From Callorhinchus milii (taxonomy: Eukaryota), in the NCBI RefSeq assembly GCF_018977255.1, contig NW_024705399.1:1-48136 (forward strand): DNA of 48,136 nucleotides, written 5' to 3'. Below, piece by piece: positions 36,600 through 46,019 of the stretch (positions are counted from its first letter, which is position 1; every line of letters begins with the position of its first letter). Under the pieces are notes generated by a model, which was not told the origin of the DNA, did no database searches, and saw only the letters and a program-made list of their open reading frames with translations. Both the position numbers and the translations under genes were made by a program.

Positions 36600-36960
36600 T
36601 TAAAAACATTAAGCATAAGAAATATAACTTTACATATACAATAGTAATAGTTACCTTCGGTAATGCACATTGCCATCCACAAAATACTATAAGGTGTAGT
36701 GACTCTGTTTTTTCCACAAACACAGAAGCCAATTTGTGTATGGGAATGCCCTGCAACAACCATAGAGTGAATAAACAATTTTATTTGAGGAACTGTTAGC
36801 TTAGACACCAGGGGAAACTCACTGTACTTGTTGCATAGTACCGTGGGACATTTTATGTGGTAGGATATTTGCAGGACAGTGACAGCTACCTTGATGATCT
36901 CAAGATACAAAGCCAATGTTGTGTAACAGGGTATCGCAACCCCAGCTGCATAATACATGT
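36600..36960 (-). mobile_element. Old DeuSINE-like remnant
   Basis: Minus strand ATAAAATGTCCCACGGTACTATGCAACAAGTACAGTGAGTTTCCCCTGGTGTCT (~36800-36860) resembles the Deu-domain core GTAAAAGATCCCATGGCACTATT...GAGTTCTCCCCGGTGTCCTG. Confidence 0.55.
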
Positions 36961-37499
36961 CCTATTGTGAGGGGCCTTGGCAGATTAATGCAGATGACAG
37001 TCAGATAGCACAAATTATAAGGACACTATGAGCCTTGAGGCGACAGGTCCTGGCAGGTGTGACCTCAAAGGGAAGAGATCTGTGCACGAGCTTCAACAGT
37101 AAGGTGGTAGTATTTCTCTAACGCATTTCATGCTGAGATAAGTTGCCCAGCGGAAAGCTCTCACGGAGATCCTGGTATCCACCATCCAAAACGTGAGGCT
37201 ACAACCTGCGACTGTCGAAAGACAAGCCAGTGATTATTCAGCTTCTGGTGGGAGGGGGGGTTTGGAATAGTACGTAAGTGGGGTATCCTTGGAGCTGACG
37301 TTGCCCCAATGAATCAAGCCAAGCCTCTGTTACCAGTTTCTGAGTCCACAGTATTCCACGGCTCTCACTGCTGATGACAGCAGCAGGACCTGGATGGGCC
37401 GACCAGTGACTGGACGAAGGAATCCTCCCTCGCAGCTCCTGCTATCCCTGTAGCCAAACCCATAACGAACGAGTAGTTTGATCCTACCTGGAAAAGTAG

Positions 37500-37830
37500 C
37501 GAGATAGTTTATCAGACAATGCTTATCAATGATTTTAGTTCGTTAGATTCCAGCAGTTACGCTAACTGGGCTCACTCTGGACTCCCCCTCGACGTCTTGG
37601 CTCTTGCCAACCTGCGTCTAATACTTTCAGGATTTGTGTAAGCAGGATGCCTCCCTCCAGGTAAAGAGAGGCTATTCCATTCCAAAAACCTATCTCTGGG
37701 GTTTCCATGTGTATGTGTGAAGCATGGAATTCTCAGCTTGGTCTGGATGCTCTTGAGCAAACGTGATGGATTTCCACAGGTGTCAGACACTCGGTAATCG
37801 CCCCCAAAATATTTCACATTCTCTTAACCA
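37500..37830. repeat. Unclassified interspersed repeat, also at ~18120-18450 and ~22900-23200
   Basis: Shared CTTGGCTCTTGCCAACCTGC...GTAAGCAGGATG...CCTCCAG...TTCCATGTGTA...TCAGCTTG...TGTCAGACACTCGG in three places. Confidence 0.8.
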
Positions 37831-38139
37831 GCTGAATCGAGCCTTGCTGGACCGCATATTCTGGAGGAATGTAACTTCCAGCAATTGCAGCACATCCCAA
37901 GGTTTGCACTGGAGAGGCAACCGAGACTGTGAGTTCAGGGTCTAAACGTGATTCTTGAAACCATAAGTTTCAGACTCAGAGACAAAAATCTTACTAAATA
38001 AGCCCGGCTGATTTACAACAGAAGATTGACAAGTTGGGCAGATGAGAGAGTTATGACTCCAAAACCAAAATATTGAATAAAGCCGTTCATCTCATAGCAG
38101 TGTGTGTGCAATGTCACACCTTTGTTTCTGTTCCTACAG

Positions 38140-38311
38140 CACATCAGAGACTTGGTAGACAGGAATCAGAGACAGGAAGCATCGAGATATCTTCTGGATT
38201 TAGTGACTGGAGCGAGAAGCCGAGTGCAGAGAGGGATGTGGGCAGCTTTTGTGAAAATAGAGGACAATAAACCACAGCTGAAGACAATCCTGAGAGAGAT
38301 CCAGGAAAAGG
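38140..38311 (+). CDS. NLR gene exon, second half of N-terminal death-fold-like domain
   Basis: TTTGTTTCTGTTCCTACAG| acceptor (phase 0). Encodes HIRDLVDRNQRQEASRYLLDLVTGARSRVQRGMWAAFVKIEDNKPQLKTILREIQEK. AAGG|GTAGGA donor (phase 1). Confidence 0.88.
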
Positions 38312-38692
38312 GTAGGAAACTATAAATGGCGTAATTTTTTTATGAATTGGATGGAGTGGGGGTTGAGAATGGGTGTTGTTTGTCAGATTTTGTCACGATT
38401 GGATGCTCGCTGAAGGAAATGCAACACTCTCATATTTATATCAATGGTTTTGTGGGGAAATGGGCGTTTAATCACCAGGGAATAACTAGTGTCAGGTCAT
38501 CCGAGCTGAGGAAGTGTCTGGTTTAAGATCTGATGAATAACAAATATCGGAGGCATGAAAGTGGCAACAAAGTAAAGGAGTGAGTCAGACAAGGAACCCG
38601 ACACTGACACCATGACCAGTGTTTGTGAGTAGCTAGTGGTAAGCCGGCGAGAGGTATCTGTCAAGGAAACAACCATCGATTGCCTGGATAAC

Positions 38693-39200
38693 AACATAAG
38701 ATGTTGATAAGAACATAAGAAATGATAGATAAATAGACAAAGGTCCATCTAGTTCGGCTTCCAACTTCCTGGTGGTAAAATGCACATTTGTCCCAAAACT
38801 CACTCCGTACTCTATCACATAATGTTAGTTCCTAAAAGAAAACAATCTCATCTGTGTTTCAAAGAATCAACATTACCTGCTTCAACCATCTCCACAGGTT
38901 CACCATTCGCCTACTGAAATAGTTATGCGGAGATTCCTTCTGCATTTACCCCCTTCAATCTCAGGTCGTATCCTCTGGTTCTAATATTCTGGACAAGTTG
39001 AAGCAGCCTGTCATGATCCGTATTCTCTATCCCCTTTACAATCTTAAAGACAGCAAATAGGTCGCCTGTCAAATTTCTCTTCCAGCGTGAACTTGTACAA
39101 TTTAATTGGTCTCTCCTCATAGTCAAGTCCCTCCATTCCCGCAATCATTCTGCTTGCCCTGCTCTGTATCTTCTCCCTTTCTCCAACATCCTTGTGGTGA
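38693..39200 (-). mobile_element. CR1 LINE 3' end
   Basis: (AACATAAG) tail repeats at ~38693-38720. Minus strand GDLFAVFKIVKGIENTDHDRLLQLVQNIRTRGYDLRLKG. Confidence 0.85.
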
Positions 39201-39555
39201 CCGGAAATGTTCACAGTGTCTAATTACAATCTCACAGAGATTCATACAGTTATAGGATTGCCCCACTATTTTGGCTGTTATTGATCTGTTGATACCAATA
39301 TCTGATTTGCTTTACTCACTTTCACTGAGCATTTTTGGGAGAGCTTCAATTTATTGTCAAACAGAACCCCAGAACAATCGGCTGAGCTCTCGGCTCAAAA
39401 GGAAGTAATCATACTTCCACCACCATTGTTTTCATTGCTCCCAGGTCAGCTAACCCTGTGACACACCAAAACAATTTATCTACATTCAGCAACTTCAAAT
39501 TGAAGGTCATCTCAAAGCAGATCGCACAGTTGGGAGGGAGCCTGGGATAGTACTG

Positions 39556-40040
39556 TTAACAACAACCACCTGCTCTTATATATCACACTCCACGCAGAAG
39601 AGCGACTCCACGCAGCTTGACTCCGAGTTCGGTGTGCGGAGGGGGGGGGGGAGGTGGGTGTAGGTTTGTGTGGGGTGGCCATGAGGACGGTCGAAGAGGA
39701 AGCCTTTCATGTAGGACTTGAACAATTGGGGATGGGGAACGTGGAGAGATGTGAAAGACGTGGAGGGATAGGAAGCTTGAAAATATGGATAAACTGGAAA
39801 TCCACTTGTGGAAGGGTAGTAAGTGGACTCATGCAGGCGTGGGGGATACAGGCCCAGAGTCGGCTGTGGTAGAGAGCAGGGGTAGCAGATTTAGGGAATA
39901 TCCGGAGCTTGTGCAGGTGAAGAGACGAGGAGACCAGGGAGCAAAGTATTGCTGTAATTGGGCCGGAAATTGGAAGAAATGTATCTGGACCGGTGCATCA
40001 TGGTAGAGATAGGCAATATTGCTGAAGTGAGACAAAACGA
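39556..40040 (-). mobile_element. Old L2 3' fragment
   Basis: AACAACAAC tail then TTATATATCACACTCCACG, GAGGACGGTCGAAGAGGAAG. Parallels the antisense L2 tail. Confidence 0.55.
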
Positions 40041-40047
40041 AGCGAGG

Positions 40048-40560
40048 AACAACAACAACTTATATTTATATAGCACCCCCTCATGCAGTGTAACATCCCA
40101 GAGCACTTAGCAATGGCAGAGCATGACATTGAGCCGGAATTAATGTCACCATAGGCGCGGTCGAAGAAGATGGTCTTCAGGAGTGAGCTGAGGATAAGGA
40201 AGGAGGGGCGAGGGGATAGTGGAAGAAAACTCCAGAGCTTCGGGGCGTAGTAGCTGAAAGCACAGCCACGTATGGTGGAACTGAGGACATGGGGGACAAA
40301 TAGGAGGCCAAAACCAGTCGAGCGGAGGCAGCGGATTGGAGAGTAAGCAGATCAATCCACACCGAGAGCGTCGTCACTGTCTCCAGAATGTCCAGCTCGC
40401 TTTCAGCGGGTAAACTCAGCAGGAGCTGATGGGAGCCAAGGCAGGAGAGCGGTGTCTTGTCGACATTCAAATGGAGAAAGTTACAGCTCAATCTGAACTT
40501 GATATCTGACGGCAATTGGTCAAAACACGGTACTGCATCCAGTGTATAGGCTAAAGGGAT
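40048..40560 (-). mobile_element. Old L2 3' fragment
   Basis: AACAACAACAACTTATATTTATATAGCACC tail. Minus strand DIKFRLSCNFLHLNVDKT (L2 WMxxNFLxLNxxKT motif). Confidence 0.7.
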
Positions 40561-40689
40561 AGAATTAGGTGACAACCCCCTACACATGAAAGTGGAAAGT
40601 ATTCCATAATGATATTAATAAACACCAAAATAAAGGTTTACTATTGTGTCAGGCTCGTTTCACAACTAACTGATATTAAACATTTTCAG

Positions 40690-40755
40690 GTGACAGACTT
40701 CCCACTGAGGTATTTCGGGGCTGGTGTGAAGAGAAGGTGCCAGAAGAGCTTAGAG
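40690..40755 (+). CDS. NLR gene 66-nt linker exon (GDRLPTEVFRGWCEEKVPEELR)
   Basis: CATTTTCAG| acceptor, AGAG|GTAAGT consensus donor. Symmetric phase 1-1 and stop-free, joining 38311 to 42102 in frame. Confidence 0.85.
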
Positions 40756-40867
40756 GTAAGTGGATCTGGACGACAAAGTCGTTCAGAGACATTAAACTGA
40801 TATTAAATATGAAAACATTTTGCTTTTAATAAAATCCGTTTCTCCAAGCATGAAACTCACCAAGTGT

Positions 40868-41175
40868 TTATCATCCTTGCATCTGATATAGCGTTGTTCC
40901 CGTCTTCTCGACATCTTAAAGCACTTTACAGAATATGCTGTAAAGTTAAATGACTGTATATTTGTGGGCGAAATGCGGCAGCCAATTGCGCACAGCAGTG
41001 TCCCACAAACAGTCGTGGATTGAAAATGAACAATTTGTTATTATTTTGTTTTGGAGGGATTATTATAGGGCGTGTGGAGTAAGGAAACTCCAAGATTTTG
41101 CCCTGACCTGTCTGGAATTGAACCCACGTCGCTCGCTTGCCATGTGAGTGCTCTAACCAATGAGCGACAGGACTC
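40868..41175 (-). mobile_element. tRNA(Ala)-derived SINE
   Basis: Colinear with 19472-19788, ending GTGCTCTAACCAATGAGCGACAGGACTC. Confidence 0.9.
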
Positions 41176-41614
41176 GTCGACTTGTTTAACAAGACAATTT
41201 AGAAATTAAGCAAAAACCAGTGGTTGGGAACTTGGGTATGGGCAGCAGAAAAGAGCTGGTGAATGTGGGAGAGTTCAGGAGACCAAAGAACATAAAAGTA
41301 TTTGAAAGTCAGACCATGGAAATCCACCACAGGGGACCTGGAGTACGTTGATCCGGGGGAGGATGGGAAACAATTCAGACTATTGGGATGCACAGTAAAC
41401 TGTGAAATGAAGGCCACTGTATTTAATTTATTTTAATTATGTGAACTATTTCACAAATTAACAAAGTAAATATTGTATGTGTAAATAACAAAGAAGAGCG
41501 CAGAGGGGTCCAGAGGTGACTGTTGATGGGGTATATGGACGGTGGCGGCTTGTGTACAATATGAACACACTGAAGGACTGGTTGGAGTGAATAATATGTT
41601 TCAGTATTGTACAT

Positions 41615-41954
41615 TCTCTTGTGCAAGCGGGATAACCTGGGGTTCAATTCATGGTCAGGGTGAAACCTTAGGCAAGTTTCCCTTCTCCACACGTCTCTTT
41701 TTACACAATAGTAAGTGAACTCACTTGTCAGTCGATTCAGGATTGCATTCCAGGGATAATAATCCCTTCAAAATCAAACATTAATTTGGTCAATCAATCA
41801 ACGGCTGTTTGTGGGACAATGCTGTCACAAATCGCTGAAGCCTTTTGCCCACAAAATGTACAGTCACTATATTTTGCAGTATATCCTGTGAATCGCTTTG
41901 CGATGTCTCGAAGAAGTGGTAAGGAAATATATCAAATGTAAGGATTACTATTAC
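41615..41954 (+). mobile_element. tRNA-derived SINE, long variant, 5' end eroded
   Basis: TGCAAGCGGGATAACCTGGGGTTCAATTC head, extra internal ~70 nt, GGCTGTTTGTGGGACAATGCTGT body, AAATGTAAGGATTACTATT tail. Confidence 0.8.
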
Positions 41955-42101
41955 TTTGTGTGTGTATGTTTGTGAGCATGTATGTTTGCGTGTATGTATG
42001 AGTGTGAATGCATGTATCAATTGAAATATATGCACTTGTTTTACTGGGTTATTGTAATAAATGTGCGGCAATACTGAACGGATCTGATGTTCAATTTTAA
42101 G

Positions 42102-43808
42102 ACGTTCAGAAACAGCACAAAGAAACGCTCCGCTCCCAGAATGAGAAGCTGTCAGTAAACACCCTGCGAGGACGGGAGAAGACCAAGACATTTCTGCTGT
42201 CTGACCGCTACACAGAATTAATAGTCACTTCATCTCCCCGTGAGCGGAGGCTGGTGGAGCATGAACTGGTGGCGAGAGGCAGAGAACATGAGGAGTGGCA
42301 AGAGAAGAATGTCAGGAAGGAGATGAAGAAAATACAACCGGATGAGCTGTTCGGAACTACATTCGGAACAACCGTCCTGAGTGGAATCGCAGGGATTGGG
42401 AAAACCACGATGGTGCAGAACATTCTGTATCGCTGGGCCACAGGGAAGATCTATCCCAGATCCACTTTGTCTTTCATTTCAAATTCCGTGACCTGAACGT
42501 GATAAAAGGGGAAACCAGCCTGAAAACCATGGTCCTGGAATCATATCCTTATCTTCAGGATGTTCTGGACAAGATCTGGGAGAAGCCGGAACATTTGCTG
42601 TTTGTGTTTGATGGTTTGGACGAGTTCAAGGACAGGATTGAGTTCACAGACAGTGACAGAAACCCAGACCCTCGGGTCAGCTGCCCGGGGCCGGAAGGCC
42701 TCTGTCCCGTGGCTGACATTGTGCGCTCTCTGGTACATCAGCAAGTACTGATAGGCTGTTCAGTGCTGATCACAAGCCGCCCAACTGCTCTGGAGTCTTT
42801 AGATCACATCCACACCAAACTCTGGGCTGAAATACTGGGATTCTTCGCTGAGGGAAGGGAAGATTACATCAGACGCTTCTTTCCAGATGAGAAGATTGCA
42901 GCTGAAGTGCTGAGATATGTGAAGGAAAATGACATCCTCTACACCATGTGCTTCAACCCTTCCTACTGCTGGATCCTCTGCTGCACATTGGAGCCAATCT
43001 TCAAACATCCAGAGCACAAACAGCCTCCCCCCAAAACCATCACACAGCTGTACTCCAGTTACATTTACAACATCCTGAAGAACCATCCCCGAGAGAGTGA
43101 GAGCCCTCGGGAGGTGATGCTGAGAGCCGGGGAGATGGCCTATGAGGGGGTCTGTAACAGGACCATTGTGTTCGATGATGACCATTTGTCTCACCATCAG
43201 CTTCAACCCTCAACCTTCATCTCAGGGTTTATGATGGAGATTCTGGAGAAGGATATTGGTGTGGGACGAGTTGTGTACACATTCCCTCACCTCACCGTCC
43301 AGGAGTTTGTGGCTGCTCTCGCTCAGTACCTGACTCCAGTCCGCAGGAACCTTGTGGAGCTGCTGGACCAGATTCAGAAGAAGAACGACGGGCGCTTTGA
43401 GATCTTCCTGCGGTTTGTTGTGGGTCTCTCCTGGCCACACACATCCCGGCAGCTGGAGGATATCCTGGGACAGTTACCTAACGCGTCAGTCTGTGAAGCC
43501 ATCTCCTGGCTGAAGGTGAATGTTGAGGCAGCGATTAAACAGTCGGAGAGAGGAGGTAAAAGGAAGCTGCTGAACATGATGTACTATCTATTTGAGTCTC
43601 AGAACAACACTCTGGCCCAGGTCACACTCGGAGCTGTGGAGACACTGGACTTTAGTGCGTTCACATTGAACCCTCTGGACTGTGCTGTGCTGTCTCATGT
43701 GTTACAGCTCTGTGACACCATACAAACCTTCGAACTCTCCAACTGTAACATCGGAGCTGAAGGGATCCAGCGTCTGGTGCCCGCACTGCACAAGTGCCGA
43801 CAGCTCAG
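42102..43808 (+). CDS. NLR NACHT exon (FISNA-like segment, NACHT, HD/WH domains, first LRRs) with a 1-nt frameshift at ~42461; NLRP3/NLRC3-like family member
   Basis: TTTTAAG| acceptor (phase 1). DVQKQHKETLR...RYTELIV, Walker A GIAGIGKTT (42383-42409), Walker B LLFVFDGLDEF, VLITSRP, MCFNPSYCWILC, YTFPHLTVQEFVAA, LNPLDCAVLSHVL, LSNCNIGAEGIQRL. Phase-2 donor CTCAG|GTTTGT, typical of NLR LRR exons. Confidence 0.95.
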
Positions 43809-44719
43809 GTTTGTCCTTATTGATGGTTTCAGTGAGAAACATGGAGAATATCAGCCAGTGAGCGAGGTGTATGAGTGTTCGGGATATATGCTGATATACA
43901 GACAGTCTGTCTCACTGGGGGATAATTCCCAACACAGTCTGGCTATAAATGATCCTCAATATTAAAGCCCTGACTCGTGAGCACAGGCCGAGACCTCGCT
44001 GAGAATGTTGAGAGCCATCAGCTGTGCCGTGAATCATCTCTGTGTCTCCTCCTGTCCCAATCATTCAATCCTTGTCCACTCTGCTCCCCACAGTCTGTCC
44101 TCACACTGCATACAACACAAAATCTGGTCGCAGCCCCTCACAGACACCACTCCATTTACAGCCGATGAAACAACATTTAATTATGACTTATGTTATAACA
44201 AGATTCTCCAGCCTACATCTAACTGCACTGCTACATTTGCTGCCTCACAGCTCAGCTCTACAGTTACAGTGAGTTGTTGTTGGTGTAGATTATCTGTTTA
44301 AATACTCACAGCTTAGTCGTGCAATTGATATAATTGAGTTCAGAGTTTACATTCTCTCTAAAAATGAACAACAACTTATATTAATTTCGAGTCCTTCACG
44401 TGGGTCGGAGTGTCAGTGTGTGTTTAACTGCTCCAATCCTCAGAGCTCAACCCTGCAGATGGTATAATTCAGACCAGTGTGTATCTCTATATTGTGGTGA
44501 CAGCTGCTGGAAGGCTTTACCTGGAACTGAGTTAGTGACAACATGTTCATATATCCAGGGCTTGGAATCCACCTTGACTGGTTTATAGAGAGATCAGCAG
44601 CTGCTGCTTAATTTCCGCACCAACTGGTGCCCCCATGGCTCAATGGGACAGGACATGTGCCCGAGTAGTTGACAGGGAGATGGTGGCAATGCTCTCACAC
44701 ACGACATGCTCTGCTGTAC

Positions 44720-45085
44720 TGAGGATGGAGAGAAGGAAGGAGAGAGAGGAAACTGGGAAAGCCAAGACGGTGTGGGAGAAAAAGGAGGGAAAATAATAAG
44801 GGAGGAGTGGGAGGGAGCGGAAGAGGGAGGGAGGCGGAGGGAGAGAAAGAAGGGAAGGAAGCGAGTGGGAGGAAGTGGAAGGAAGGAGAGGAAGGAGGGA
44901 GGGAGAAGATGGAGAGGTTGAGAGTAAGGATGTAGAGGAAGGAAGTAGTGTGTGAGAGAAAGTAGGGAGAAAGAGGGAGGTGTGTGGGAAAGGAAGATGG
45001 GAGGGAGCGGAGTGAGGGAGGAAAGGAAAGAGGAAGGGAGTGGGGGTGGTGAAGTTGGAACGATGGAAATGATTGTGGAAGGGAA
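44720..45085. repeat. Polypurine GGA/GAGG-rich tract
   Basis: Almost only G and A on the + strand. Confidence 0.85.
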
Positions 45086-45357
45086 TAATTCCCCCCCCTC
45101 CCCCCCCACCCCGAACCCCATGATGCTGGAGCATCCTCCCTATTCCTGAGACATTTAATGCACTCAGGTCAATGATTCCATCTATATTTGCAACTGGCTT
45201 TAGCTCACGAATGGAAAAAATTGTCGAACAATCATGTCCTGGTCTACTTTGCCGTTGGTATCTTTACAGTCAAAACCTCTGGAAAAACCTCACCCAGAAT
45301 AAAGTCTACCCAACTTTAGCCCTGAGTTAGCCTGTGTCTGCTCACACACTGCAGTCT

Positions 45358-45548
45358 GAGCCCTGTAGCTCAGTGGTTAGTGCCGTCGCCTCGCTAGCGA
45401 GAGGGCCTGAGGGTGATTCCTGGCAGAGCAAATCCTTTCGGATGTTTCCTTACTCCAATCGTGTCTGTTTGCCACACAGTCAGTCACAATCCGGTTGTTA
45501 GACGATTTGCAGACAGCGTTTCCAGGGTTAATAATCCCTTCAAATAAC
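45358..45548 (+). mobile_element. SINE 5' half, long variant
   Basis: GAGCCCTGTAGCTCAGTGGTTAGTGCCGTCGCCTCGCTAGCGAGAGG...GATTCCTGGCAG head and TTCCAGGGTTAATAATCCCTTCAAAT. Confidence 0.8.
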
Positions 45549-45722
45549 TATTTCGTGAGAGATTATGAGTATGATTGAGAGATAGAGGGGGACTGAGTGA
45601 GACAGACGGACACAGATATAAAGAGGCAAAAAGAGAAACAGAGAGAAGAGAGACTGAACGAGAGAAACATAGAGCGAGAGATGAAGACAGAGACTGATAG
45701 TGAGTGAAACGTCGAGAGCGAA

Positions 45723-46015
45723 ATTAATAATAATAATAATAATCCTTGCATTTGATATAGCGCTTTTCATGTCTTCTGGACGTCCCAAAGCACTTCACAC
45801 AATATACTGTAAAGTGAATAGACTGCGGCAGCCAATTACTCGGCAGCCAATTGCGCACAGCAATGTCCCACAAACAGTAGTAGATTGAAAATGACCAATT
45901 TATTATTGTTTTTGGTTTTGGAGGGATTATTGTTAGGCTGTGTGTGGAGTAAGGAAACTTGCCTAAGGTCTCTCGCTTGCAAAGCGAGTGCTCTAACCAT
46001 TGATCTACAGGACTC
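45723..46015 (-). mobile_element. tRNA(Ala)-derived SINE with internal deletions
   Basis: (AAT)n tail, colinear with 19472-19788. Lacks the B-box segment and TATATTTGTGGGC, with a short CGGCAGCCAATT duplication. Confidence 0.9.
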
Positions 46016-46019
46016 TACA

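Noticed and set aside
41203..41235. 33-nt symmetric phase-1 micro-exon (EIKQKPVVGNL)
   Set aside because: AG/GT and phase fit, but the polypyrimidine tract is poor and the gene model is complete without it. Likely chance.
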